Below are positions 13,480 through 25,310 of a stretch of DNA of 64,000 bases, in pieces. Made by a program: the position numbers and the translations under genes. The DNA comes from Chiloscyllium plagiosum (Eukaryota): positions 6,841,416-6,905,415 of the forward strand of contig NC_057749.1 of the NCBI RefSeq assembly GCF_004010195.1, written 5' to 3'. The notes beneath the pieces are model-generated. The model was not told the DNA's origin, searched no databases, and worked only from the letters and a program-made list of their open reading frames with translations. Every line of letters starts with the position of its first letter. Position 1 is the stretch's first letter.

Positions 13480-13890
13480 AATAGTAATTTGTATGTATGT
13501 ACAGCTCCCAGCACAGTAAGATATCCCAAGATACTTCTTTAGAGTGTTATCATCCAAAACGTTGACACCATGCCTCATAAGGAGATACCAGACCAGGTGA
13601 TCAAAAACCTGGACAGAGAGGTTGGTTTTCAGGAGTATCTTGAAGGAGGAGGAAGAGGTAGAGAGACCGTGAGGTTGAGGAACAAAGTGTCAAAGCTCAG
13701 GAAGCTGAACGGATGGCTGCCCATTTGCAGTGATGAAATCTGAAATGTGTGAAGCCCAGAAATTGGATGAGTGTGGAGAACTCTGAGGGTTTTAGTGTTT
13801 GCAGAGGTTACAGAAATAGTAGAGCTTGAGAAGAAATGAAAAATAAGTGCGCGTGTTTTAAAATGGAGGTGTTGTCTGACCAGCAGCAAA
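13480..13890 (-). mobile_element. Old LINE 3' fragment, L2-like
   Basis: Resembles a recalled elasmobranch L2-like 3' end; degenerate. Confidence 0.4.
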
Positions 13891-14021
13891 ATACATGTTT
13901 GGATCCCAATTCCCAGACTATCCTAGTCTGCACATGTAACGTTCCTTGCATCCTGTTTCACTTGAAAGCTATCCTGATGATGAATGTAAAATCACGTTGA
14001 AATGCGTGTTTTTTCTGGTTA

Positions 14022-14304
14022 ATAGAAGCCCTACAGTGCGGAAACAGGCCCTTCGACCCAACAAGTCCACACCGACCCTCTGAAGAGTAACCCAGCCAGT
14101 CCCATTTCCCTACCCTATATTTACCCCTGACTAATGCACCTAACCTACATGTCCCTGAACACCATGGACAATTAATCTAATCTACCCATCTTTGGACAGT
14201 GGGAGGAAACCAGAGCAAACCCACACAGACAGTCACCCAAGGCTGGAATCAAACTTGGGTCCCTGGCACTAAGGCAGTAATGCTAACCGCTGAGCCACTG
14301 TGCC
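14022..14304 (-). mobile_element. HE1-like V-SINE with internal deletions
   Basis: Head, core and tail motifs. Confidence 0.85.
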
Positions 14305-14769
14305 TAATACTAATAGATCTCTGTGTTCAGATTCAATATTAATCCATAATTTAGATGACACTGTGGGCTCAAGGGGAAGAGTTGAAAGAATAATTTGCAT
14401 CAGAAGTTAAAGAGTTAAGATAGGAGTGATCTACACTGGGATTGAGTGACTGTAAAGGATATTGGTGGGGAAAAGGATAAGCTTTTTTTTGTTTACGTTA
14501 ACATTTTTCCAAAATGTCTTACATTTATCACTTTTTTTTATCTTTTGTGTAATAAATTTATTTCTGTTGGCAGCCTTGTGGAAATATATTCAAAGATTAA
14601 TTACCATGGTAACCAAACTGTCAAAATGAGCTGACATGTCTAATCTGACCATCAGTTGGATTTGTAACAATACACACAGTACAAGGAACCCTTAAAGGTT
14701 ATTTTTCTGAAAGGCAAAGTGCACATTCACAGGGACAGTCTCGATCAGGAACATTTAATCACAGTAAGG

Positions 14770-14905
14770 CTCATTCTGAAGAAGAGTCATATCAGACTTG
14801 AAACCTTAACTCTACCCTCACTTTACATCTCATGCCAGACTCGCTTCATCTATCCAGCACTGGTGCTTCTTATTACAGGTTTCCAGCATTTGCAGTATTT
14901 TGTTT
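14770..14905 (+). mobile_element. PLE family B remnant
   Basis: CTGAAGA-A-GAGTC-ATATCA-GACTT-GAAA at 14776-14803, followed by the family B terminus. Confidence 0.65.
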
Positions 14906-14914
14906 TTACACTCA

Positions 14915-15795
14915 GTCTTTTGAATATAGGAGTTCAGACGCCACGTTGAGGGTATATAGGACATTGGTGAGGCCTCTTCTGGAGAACTGTGTCCAATTCT
15001 GGTCACCCAGTTATAGGAAGGATATTATTAAGCTGGAGAGGGTTCAGAAGAGATTTATCAGGATGTTGCCAAGTATGGAAGGTTTGAGTTATAAAGGAAG
15101 GCTGGATAGGCTGGGATGTTTTTCACTGGAGTGTAGGAGGTTGAGGGGTGACCTTATAGAAGTTTATAAAATAGTGAGGGGTATGGATAGCATTAATGGC
15201 AGGGGTGGTACCATGGCTCAGTGGTTAGCACTGCTGTCTCACAGTGCCAGGGACCCAGGTTCAATTCCAGCCTTGGGCGACTGTCTGTGCAGAGTTTGCA
15301 CCATTCTCCCAGTGTCTGCGTGAGTCCCCTCTGGGTGCTCTGGTATCCTCCCACAGTCCAAAGACATGTAGGTCAGGTGAATTGGTTATGCCAAATTGCT
15401 CATAGTGTTAGATGCATTAGTCATAGGGAAATGAGTCTGGGTGGGTTGCTCTTCAGAAGGCTGGTGTGGACTTGTTGGGTCAAAGGGCCTGTTTCCATAC
15501 TGTAGGGAGTCTAATCTAGTCTTTTCCCTGTGATGGGATCTTCAAGACAAGGGGGCATATTTTTAAGTTAATAAAGACATGAGGGGCAAATGTTTTACAC
15601 AGAGGGCGGTTCATGTGTGGAATGTACTTTCTGAGAAAGAGGGTGGATTTGGGGACAGTTAAAAGACACTTAGATAAATGCATGAATAGGAAAGGGATAT
15701 GAGCCAGGAGCAGGCAGGTGGGGCTAGTTTAGTTTGGGATTATGTTTGGTAGGGACTGTTTGGACCGGAGGGTCTGTTTCCGTGCTGTATGATCA
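14915..15795 (+). mobile_element. CR1/HER1 LINE 3' fragment split by a V-SINE
   Basis: YRTLVRPLLENCVQFWSPSYRKDIIKLERVQKRFIRMLP...RRLRGDLIEVYKI is the CR1 ORF2 C-terminus. Confidence 0.9.
15202..15520 (+). mobile_element. HE1-like V-SINE
   Basis: Head, core and TCTAA-like tail. Confidence 0.9.
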
Positions 15796-16533
15796 GGAGC
15801 AGTGATGCACAGCCAACCAATAACACCATTAACAGTCCTTTTATTTTCATTTTTATTCATTCACAGGAAGAGGCCAGGTCAGAAGTTATGCCCATCCCTA
15901 ACTTCCCAAGGGCAGTCCTGTCTCCACCACTTCCTTTGGCAGCTCGTTTCATGTACACACCATCCTAAGAAAGTTGCCCTTCAGGTCCCTTTTGAAACTT
16001 TCCCCTCTCAGCTTAAACCCATGTCATCCAAGTTTTGACTCCCCTGCCCTGGGGAAAAGGCAATTCACCCTATCCATGCTCCTCATGACTTTATAAACCT
16101 CTATTAGGTCACCCTACCAGAGGAAACATCTTCTCCACTCTATCCAGGCCTCCCAGCATGCTGCGGGTTCTTAGTAGCTTCTCTTCCTCAAATAATTTTC
16201 CTACTATCTAGCTCACCCTTACACTTTCAACAGGGTAATCAACCATCAACAACTACTCTCAATTTTCAGGATTTCTCTGCCACACAGATCCCGAACAAAC
16301 AGAAAATCCTGGTTTACATTTGACTGTGACTTGACGAACTATAAAGAATCAACAGTTTTCTTCCAATGAGCTGACAGTTCTCGTCAAGTGTTTGCTATGG
16401 AGCCTTTGAACACCATATAAAGACTTAGGTTGTGGTTGCTATGGTGGGTCAGTTTTGGATGTAGGTTTGCTCACTGAGCTAAAAGGTTCATTTTCAGACG
16501 TTTTGTTACCTTACCAGGTAACATCTTCAGTGG

Positions 16534-16700
16534 GAGAAAGTGAGGACTGCAGATGCTGGAGATCAGAGCTGAAAATGTGTTGCTGGAAAAGCGCAGCAGG
16601 TCATAAGCACTTCCTGATGAAGGGCTTATGCCCGAAACGTCGATTCTCCTGTTCCTTGGATGCTGCCTGACCTGCTGCGCTTTTCCAGCAACACATTTTC
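16534..16700. mobile_element. PLE family A hairpin nested in the family E element
   Basis: 14-bp TSD AACATCTTCAGTGG at 16520-16533 and 16701-16714. Confidence 0.9.
16614..16641 (+). ncRNA. Minimal hammerhead ribozyme motif, core intact
   Basis: CUGAUGA-A-GGGC-UUAU-GCCC-GAAA-CGUC. Confidence 0.75.
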
Positions 16701-18269
16701 AACATCTTCAGTGGACCTCATGTGAAGCAATGCTGAAAATTCCTGCTTTCTATTTATATGTTTGGGTTTCTTTAGGTTGGTGATGTCGTTTCCTGTGGTG
16801 ATTTCATTTCCTGTGGTGAAGTCACTTCCTGTTCCTTTTCTCAGGGGGTGGTAGATAGGGTCTAACTCGATGTGTTTGTTGATAGAGTTCCAGTTGGAAT
16901 GCCATGCTTCTAGGAATTCTCGTGCGTGTCTTTGTTTGGCTTGTCTGGTGGATTAGTATAATCCAGGCTAGACCGTAATTTGGAAAGCTAGTTATGCATG
17001 TCATTCAGAGGAACTAAATGAACAGAGTACTTGCTCACAGCTGTGACCAGATCAGCCGAGGGGCCTGTTACCACACTGTAGGGAATCTAATCTGAACATC
17101 GGGAGTGAAGGCAGAACCTGGAAGAGTGAGAAGACAACCAGAAGTTGTTCCATCAAAGAGAAACAAAACTATTCTCACTTTTCTCACCTTAGAAAACCCT
17201 TAGCACTTTGCAAGTAACAAATTACTCTTGGAGTGTGGTTATGTCAGCAAACATCACAGCTAATTTGCACACAGCAAGCTCCTGTTTATAGCAAATGAGA
17301 TGAGATGCTGTAATTGAGTAGAAAACGAAAAGCATTACGAGATCTTCTGCAGTTACTGAAGATGACAGGACCTCAAATTAACAGCTCACTCCAAAGGCAG
17401 AACATCACCTTCGCAAAGGACTAGCTAGGCCAGGTTCTTTCAAATCCAATAAGGGGGTGAGCTCTCTCAATTTCCTCAGTCTTTCACTATCCCTGGAGGT
17501 TATCTTCACCTATGCTAGCTGCCTGGCATATCCACATCAGAGCTGACAGAGGGTTGACTGCTGCACCCATGACCTGCTAGATTCACGTTGGCAATGCTGG
17601 CTGTCCTGTCACCAACCAAGAGAACCAAAACTTTTACAATCTTGGGAGCGAGCTGCTTTTATGTTTTAATTTCCTGTACAAGCATTGAATTAGCAGGGCC
17701 TTCTCTGAGCAGTTCCTGATAATTAAGTGTTAGTTAGCACCTAGCATCTCTGTGACTTTTCATCAGTTAGTGCGAAAATTGTCCAACAATGGATTCGGCA
17801 CATGTCGGGGAAACTTGAGCATTTATTTTCGCAGTTGTTAAATTTAATAACTTTAACCCTTCCGAGTTGGCAATATCAGATTTTACACCTGATGTGAAAA
17901 AATAGACCTGAGGATGCAGAAGAAAGATTGAAATGCATGAGCAAAACCTGTGCACGATTATCACAAAACAGCAAGGAAATTGCAGGTGAAGGAATTGCCG
18001 TTTAGTTCATCTCAGTTCATTTACCTGGAGAGATCTTCCCACTGCAGTCTCTGTTTCCGAAATGATTTTAAGATTTCCACCTCAGTTACAGTGCACAATT
18101 TTCTGTTCCATTTTTTTTTAGGTGAACAATTGCTTGCCAATATTGCTCTTATATTTTCGCTAAGTGCCAGATGGAGCGTAGGGGTCATATTGCAAATGCA
18201 GTCCCTCACCCAAACCAAAGATTTTGAGAGAACTTTAAAATAAAAGCAGGAACGTATCACTGAGGCTCC

Positions 18270-18600
18270 ATAAGGGTCTGGTCAGACCACGTTTGGAGTA
18301 TTGTGGGCAGTTTTGGGCCCCATACCTCAGGAATATGTACTGACACTAGAGTGTGTTCAGAGGAGGTTCATGAGATTGAAAAACTAAACATTTGAGAACT
18401 CTGGATCTATACTCGATGGAGTTTAGAAGTATTAGGGGAGATCTAATTGAAATATACAGAATACAGAGGAGAAAGCAGGACAATGACGTTGAGAAACTTA
18501 TCAGGTCAGGCAGTATCTGAGGAGCAGGAAAATCGAAGACCTGCTGTGCTTTTCCGGCACCACCCTCTCAATTCGGATCTCCAGACCTCACTTTCTCCTG
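18270..18600 (+). mobile_element. CR1 fragment (about 18270-18465) followed by a PLE family A remnant (about 18468-18599)
   Basis: LVRPRLEYCGQFWAPYLR-like sequence; family A termini. Confidence 0.7.
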
Positions 18601-18610
18601 AGAAATTTAC

Positions 18611-18915
18611 TAGATTAGATTCCCTACAGTATGGAAACAGGCCCTTCGGTCCAACAAGTCCACACTGACCCTCCAAAGAGTAACCCACCCAGACCCATTC
18701 CCCTCTGACTATTGCACCTCACACTATGGGCAATTTAGCATGGCCAATTCACCTGACCTGCACATCTTTGGATTGTGGGAGGAAACCAGAGCAAACTCAC
18801 ACAGACACAGGGAGAATGTGCAAACTCCACACAGACAGTCGCCCAACGCTGGAATCAAACCTGGGTCCCTGATGCTGTAAGGCAGCAGTGCTAACCACTG
18901 TGCCACCGTGCCGCC
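18611..18915 (-). mobile_element. HE1-like V-SINE, full length
   Basis: Complete head, core and (TCTAA) tail. Confidence 0.92.
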
Positions 18916-19071
18916 ATTATTGTTGGACTGTCAATCCAGTGACTCAGATAATGTTCTGGGGATCTGGGTTCGATTCCTGCCGTGGTGGAATTTGAATAAA
19001 AATAAAAAGAAATCTGGAATTGGGAGTCTAATGATGATCATGAAACATTGCCAATTGTTGGGGGAAATTAT

Positions 19072-19320
19072 AGAATCATAAGCAGGCTATCCAGCTCATA
19101 ACGACCCTCTGGAAAGCAGCCCATCCAGACTCACTTTATAACCCTACATTTCCCATGGCCAACCACTTAGCCTGCACATCCCCAGACATGATGGGCAATT
19201 TAACGTGGCCCATCCACCTAACCTGCACATCTTCTGACTGCGGGAGGAAACTGGAGCAAACCCACGCAGACACGAGGATAATGTGCAAACTCCACACAGA
19301 CAGTCTCCCGAGGCTACTGA
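19072..19320 (-). mobile_element. V-SINE, 5' truncated
   Basis: Core and tail motifs. Confidence 0.8.
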
Positions 19321-19544
19321 GCACCCCGGTGGAGACAGAACACAAAGAGAGAGGAAAACAATTGCACAGACAAAGGAATGGATGAAGACCAGCCAAAGAG
19401 AATGAATAGCTGCTGATGGGGATTGTGAGTAGCTAAGACCTTCTGGTCTTGTATTCAATGCTTTGACCAATAAAGGTAAGTATCCCGTATGGGTTCTTAA
19501 CCATCTCATTGGGCATCTGTTGGCAGACTGTAAGATTCGTTGTT

Positions 19545-19760
19545 GGTCTGTTCGTGAACTGGTAGGTTTGTTGGCAGGCATTCCGCCCCCTTTCTAGGTG
19601 ACATCATCAGTGCTTTGTTGCCTCCAGTGTAACATCGCTGTACTGTCCCACTTTGAATTTATGTGGTTCTGTCTGAGCCACCAAGAGGCGGAGAGTCTCC
19701 TGGGCCTCCATTCTCCAAAAGGCTATGGCAACCACTGCAGAACTTAACCACGGATCGTAG
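19545..19760 (-). mobile_element. Degenerate PLE family E-related remnant
   Basis: Minus strand reads CTGATGA-T-GTCACC-TAGAAA-GGGGGC-GGAA at about 19580-19610. Confidence 0.5.
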
Positions 19761-20880
19761 TCCATCGTCATCAATGCCGTTTTAAGAAATGGTAGCTGAA
19801 GAGGGAGAGGGAATCAGTTCGATTACCCTGAACCTTTTGCAGTAACTCGCACTTGATCGTGACATTAAATTGCAGCACTCCATCTGCTAATACCTTACTC
19901 ATTTGAACCTATTTGCAGTGAGTGCAACTATAATGAAACATTCTGCTCCAACCTTCTAGCTCTTAGATCCAGAAATATTCTGCACAAAGTGCTTGTTCCC
20001 AAGGCCACTGTCGATTAATGTAATTCCAGATTACTGAGCTGAAAAACACAGCAGGAATGTATTTAAATGAGAGAATTAATATTAACTTGGCAACGTAAAT
20101 CAGGGCCTCGCTCTGCCTGATAGAATATTTTTTTTTGCTTGAAACTGCCTTCTACAAAGCTGCACCTCATGCATAGCAAGAAAATTCAATACATCCCCTC
20201 AGAGAGCTGAGGAGAGAAGGAAAAAGTGCAGTGAAGTCAAGCAGGATCAGGAGGTGGTCATACAGACAGTGAAAATGCTCACTCATGCTGCATTTACATA
20301 AGGGTCTAACAACGGCTTGTGGCTGAATATCTTTTCAATGTAAATCACAACAATGTCTTCATGGGGACTCATCTGGGGGTTCATGCTTTCCTTTTTATCT
20401 TCATGTGGCATCTTACCACTTGGCTCAAGAGGAGCCCACTCTATGTGGATATTTTATTGCCCAACGCAGTGAGATTGGAGGTATGGGGGGTATTTGGACT
20501 GCTATGGACCAGGTCACACCCCCTTAACATGTTTTAAGAAGGTTGCCTGGACACTAACCTTTTCTTATTTTGAAGCCAAACGTGAAGTGTCTGTGTTCCA
20601 GATGCAATGGGACTGGTCAAACTGCTTGATGTTAAACAAAACACAATTTATTCAAACACTAGAATTAAATTACAGGTCGTTCTGCTGTAATGTGCATTTT
20701 GTCAGTGTGAAGTGGCTACAACGCCATTGACGGAACTGTGGACATTGTTTGGATAATGTAAACTCTATATTGAGTGGGTATAGTGATTTTCTATTAGCGA
20801 TCCTCTACAGCGCGATGTTCTATAGTAGTATTCTGTAGCATGATTTTCTATAGCAGTATTCTATAGCGTAATTTTCTATA

Positions 20881-21350
20881 CTGAAAATGTGTTGCTGGAA
20901 AAGCGCAGCAGGTCAGGCAGCATCCAAGGAGCAGGAGAATCGACGTTTCGGGCATAAGCCCTTCTTCAGGAATGAGGAAAGTGTGTCCAGCAGCCTAAGA
21001 TAAAAGGTAGGGAGGAGGGACTTGGGGGAGGGGCGTTTCCCTCCTCCCTACCTTTTATCTTAGCCTGCTGGAAACCTATCGTATTTTCAACGCCCCTCCC
21101 CCAAATCCCTCCTCCCTACCTTTTATCTTAGCCTGCTGGATACCTATCGCATTTCCAACGCACCTCCCCCAAGTCCCTCCTCCCTACCTTTTATCTTAGC
21201 CTGCTGGACACACTTTCCTCGTTCCTGAAGAAGGGCTTATACCCAAAACGTCGATTCTCCTGTTCCTTGGATGCTGCCTGACCTGCTGCGCTTTTCCAGC
21301 AACACATTTTCGGCTCTGATCCCCAGCATCTGCAGTCCTCACTTTCTCCT
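20881..21350. mobile_element. PLE family A hairpin with internal tandem repeats of about 70 bp
   Basis: TSD CGTAATTTTCTATA at 20867-20880 and 21351-21364; intact hammerhead at 20942-20969 (-); the core near 21224 (+) is mutated. Confidence 0.9.
20942..20969 (-). ncRNA. Minimal hammerhead ribozyme motif, core intact
   Basis: CUGAAGA-A-GGGC-UUAU-GCCC-GAAA-CGUC. Confidence 0.75.
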
Positions 21351-24300
21351 CGTAATTTTCTATAGCAGTTTTCCATAGCACGATTTCTATAGCAGTATTC
21401 TATAGCATGATTTTCTATAGCAGTATTCCATAGTGTAATTTTCTATAGCAGTTTTCCATAGTACGATTTTCTATAGCAGTTTTCTATAGTGCAATTTTCT
21501 GTAGCAGTTTTCCATAGCGCAACTTTCTATAGCAGTATTCTATAGCATGATTTTCTGTAGCAGTTTTCCATAGCACAATTTTCTATAGCTGTATTCTATA
21601 GTGTGATTTTCTACGGCAATATTTTATAGCGTGATCTTCTATAGCAGTTTTCTATGCCACAATTTTCTATAGCAATATTCTATAGTGCAATTTTCTATAG
21701 CATGATTTTCTATAGCAGTATTCTATAGCGCAATTTTCTATAGCTGTATTCTATAGGGTGATTTTCTATCACAGTTTTCCATGGCACGATTTTCTATAGC
21801 GCGAGGTTGCAGAGGAACACAACTGTCACATTATAACAGAACGACCTATACAAAAAAAGAAACAAGAACTTAGATTAACTTAACTTTATTGGAAAACTAG
21901 AATAATGGATACAGTACCTATTACTAATTAACTGTTCCAATATAGTAACATCCCATAAACATACCCCTTGGCAAAGGCAAAGTCAGGCACAGATTGTCTC
22001 ACATGCACTTCAGCCACAGAGAGAGAGAAAACAAATATCAAGTGAAAACTCAGAGAGAGTAGCAGCCAGGAGACCTTTACTGCAGCTTCCAACCCTGCTG
22101 GGACTTCACCAACCAGAACTGCTTGAAGCTTGAAATCCTGGTCTGTGAGAACTGGCCACACCCATCCAGGCTGCTTCTACTGTTTCAACTTTGAAAAAAA
22201 CTTAAGGCCTCACAAGCTGTTTATGTCACCTCAGCACCTCTCATTCAATCTCTCTCTTCAAAGCAAACAGGACAAAACACACCTCTTAAAGCCATAGCAT
22301 CGTCACAGTCAGCAGAGTGTAGAGGGAGGATCTTCCTATCTCCACAGCTCTGCCTAAGTCCTGGGCAGCAGGTACCTCTTGGATAGCCTTTTTACCCAGA
22401 TGGTCATTGAAATCTTGTGTGGTTGATCCATGCCCACTTGAGAGCTTGACCCAGAAGGCTCTTGAAGTGCTGTGGTATCTCTGGACTGGAAAACACAGGT
22501 TCAAGTCCCACCTGCTCCCACAGTATGCCATGAGCAGGTCAATTGGGGAATATATAAAAGAGTCAAAAAGTGTGGTACTGGAAAAGCACAGCAGGTCAGG
22601 CAGCATCCGAGGAGCAGGAGAGTCGACATTTTGGGCATACCTGAACCAGGAGCAGCATGCAGAGAGCCAGAATGGATTTGCTTGTGGGCTTCAGGCAATT
22701 CCTGCACCCCCCACCTCATACAGTGACTGATGGATCAGCACTGGGAAGGGGCACCCCTTCAAAGGCCCACCACCCTTCCCTTTCTTCAAATCTCTTTGCT
22801 TTCTCTACTTCTCCACTGCAAGACCTTTCCTACCTTGGCCTTCCTATCCCATTCGGTCACACCTTTAACTTGGAGGGGGTGTGGTCCTCTGTTGATTCAA
22901 GGTTTCTGGCAGGTGTAGTAACAGCAGTGGCCACTGGTCTCAGTGGCGCTGATGAGCAACAGACAGCTGTCAGTCTCTGACTGGCTGGCAGTTCCCAGGA
23001 TGGGAATTCTATCTACAAAAGTCTTAAATCCCAGGCAAATCCTATTGCTGGCAACTTAAGTGCTTGACGGACAGTCAATTCTAGGAAGTTTTCCCGAAAA
23101 GAGACAACACAGTTCTCTAGCTAACGAGTAAGACTCTGAATCAGAAATGTTAAGTTCTATGATTCTAGAAATAAGTGTAACTGCATTGAACTGTGACCCT
23201 GGTTATTTGTTCAATTATAGTCGCAGAGATCGACCAACATTTGCACTTGAGCGATCAACTGATTACTCAGTCAAAAGCAATAGACTGTGAATGGTAAAGA
23301 TCTGAAATAAAAAACAGAAAGTGCTGGAGAAATGCAACATGGCAGCATGGAGAGAGAAAAACAGAGTTAATGTTTTAAGTCTGAACAGATCTTTTTCAGA
23401 ACTGAAATGATGATTATTTTGCTGGAAACAAAAGAGAGAGGAGGAGTGAGTGGAACTGATGGTGAAACTGTGCAGAGGAAAAGACAAAGGAATTTCTGAA
23501 GGTAGCAAAGGAGTGAAACAGTGACAAAGGAGCAGCCAAGTCCAAGAGATTGATTGCTATGATCATCAGCTCCTATATCTTTGTCATCAGGTGACTACTA
23601 GGATGTTAAAAACGTTTAATTATATTGTAAGACCTTGATCTCTTTTCCAGAATAATTCCATCATTGGCACAAAGTTAGTAATAGTTAAGGCACAGGAGAT
23701 GACCACAACATTGGGGCATGGTTGAACAACATGACTCAGAGATAGAAGTACCTCTTTTAATTATACATGAAGGACCATGGTCCTGAGACGAGTTGTAAAA
23801 TGCAAAATAATTGAAAATGAAATACAAATGGTGTCACCAGGTAAAGGATTAACAGAGTGACAAACCAGGCAACAGCTTTCATTCGAATCCAAGGACTATT
23901 CCTTGTTTACGAGCCCTCTTCTTTTTTGTTCACTTCATATTTTTAAAGTGACTACGCACTAATTTTCAGTGACCTGTATTTAAAAAAAAACTATTCTTGC
24001 TGCAAATATTCTATGACTACCATTTCAGAGTGACTCACTGTACCAACCAACCCTGAGGATGAATACTGAATTCTTCCAATACCTGGCAGAACTGACTCAG
24101 GAGGAAAATAATAGCATTTTTCAGGAGAACTTCCATCACAATCACTTCAACAATACTCGGGATTACATGGTAAAAGGAGAGCAGGCTGTAATTTAGAGTT
24201 TTCATTTAGTCCTAGGCAAAGATAAGAAATTGAAAAGAAATCATTTTACTGCTGACAGTCTATTTTCATTTTGCTCTATAACATTCTCTCTGTGGCAATG

Positions 24301-24469
24301 TAGCTCATAGAGCAGGGATTGTACGGACTATTGTGGTTGTGTCTTTGTATCCATAAGGGCTACTGTAATTTATTGATTGATCTCCTGTAAAGTCTAGTCG
24401 ATTAACACTTTAATGGTTCATTAATTGCAAGGGTAGATTGGAAGACAAAAAATAAAATGAATCATTATT

Positions 24470-24550
24470 ATAGAGGTCGGAGGTGCTTTCTTTTGGATGA
24501 GATGTTAAACCATAGTTTCATCTGCCCTTTCAGGTGAATATGAATTATCC
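24470..24550 (+). mobile_element. Deu-domain SINE fragment (SacSINE1/AmnSINE1-like)
   Basis: GTCGGAGGTGCTTTCTTTTGGATGAGATGTTAAACC resembles the recalled Deu core. Confidence 0.55.
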
Positions 24551-24551
24551 C

Positions 24552-24745
24552 CAAATAAAAGTAAGGTACTGCAGATGCTGGAAATAAAAACATTAAAGTG
24601 ATGAAGAATCTCAGCAAGCCCACGGGTCTTTGAGGGGACCACGTGAGTTAATGTTTTGAATCCAACGTGAGTCATTTTCTGAAAAACAGTCACACAGGAC
24701 TCCAGATGCTAACTCCTTCACTCTCCACATATGTTGCCATGAATG
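24552..24745. mobile_element. PLE family B remnant
   Basis: Family B terminus and a degenerate hammerhead on the minus strand at about 24650-24680. Confidence 0.55.
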
Positions 24746-24776
24746 ATCCCCAGAAGGTTTTTCGGACCCAAGCCCT

Positions 24777-25103
24777 GGGTGGCACAGTGGCATGGTGGCT
24801 CAGTGGTTAGCACTGCTGCCTCACAGTGCCAGGGACCTGGGTTCGGTTCCAGCCTCAGGTGACTGTCTGTGTGGAGTTTGCAAGTTTTCCCCGTGTCTGT
24901 GTGAGTTTCCTCCCACAATCCAAAGGTGTGCAACTTTGGGCGAATTGCCATCCTACATTTACCGCAGTGTTCAGGCATATGTTGGTTAGGTGCATTAGTC
25001 AGGGGTAAATGTAGAGTAAGAGGGTCTGAGTGGGTTACTCTTCAGAGGGTCGGTGTAGACTTGTTGGGCCAAATGGCCTGTTTCCACACTGGGGGGATTC
25101 TAT
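24777..25103 (+). mobile_element. HE1-like V-SINE
   Basis: Head, core and tail. Confidence 0.9.
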
Positions 25104-25182
25104 GTTTACAATGCAGAAAGATTTGCCCCGTTATCAGCTCTGACAGTATCATGGCGGACTTAATAGTTTTCATTTCTATTAA

Positions 25183-25310
25183 CTCCTGATGAAGGGTTTA
25201 TGCCCGAAATATCGATTCTCCTGCTCCTTGGATGCTGCCTGACCTGCTGTGCTTTTCCAGCACCATACTCTCGACTCTGATCTGCAGCATCTGCAGTCCT
25301 CACGTTCTCC
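25183..25310 (+). mobile_element. PLE family A monomer starting at the hammerhead
   Basis: CTGATGA-A-GGGT-TTAT-GCCC-GAAA-TATC at 25186-25213, then the terminus CTCACGTTCTCC. Confidence 0.8.

Larger units (their letters stand above)
16450..16945 (-). mobile_element. PLE family E 3' fragment: GIY-YIG C-terminus plus terminal repeat with a hammerhead
   Basis: 16943-16821 translates to QAKQRHAREFLEAWHSNWNSINKHIELDPIYHPLRKGTGSD; hammerhead-like motif at 16497-16530 on the same strand. Confidence 0.8.
20780..21800. repeat. Minisatellite of about 13-15 bp units (TTTTCTATAGCAGTA / TTCTATAGCGCAAT), interrupted at 20881-21350
   Basis: Directly visible tandem array. Confidence 0.95.
20673..21848. mobile_element. 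Tc1/pogo(Tigger)-type MITE
   Basis: TIRs CAGGTCGTTCTGCTGTAATGTG and CACATTATAACAGAACGACCTA; TA TSD at 20671-20672 and 21849-21850. Confidence 0.8.
20500..22307 (-). mobile_element. Solo LTR (same family as 50500-51096) with nested insertions
   Basis: TG...CA ends; homologous in reverse orientation to 50500-51096; continuous after removing 20671-21848. Confidence 0.75.

Noticed and set aside
20780..21800. CRISPR-like array
   Set aside because: Tandem units without unique spacers, eukaryotic context and no cas genes
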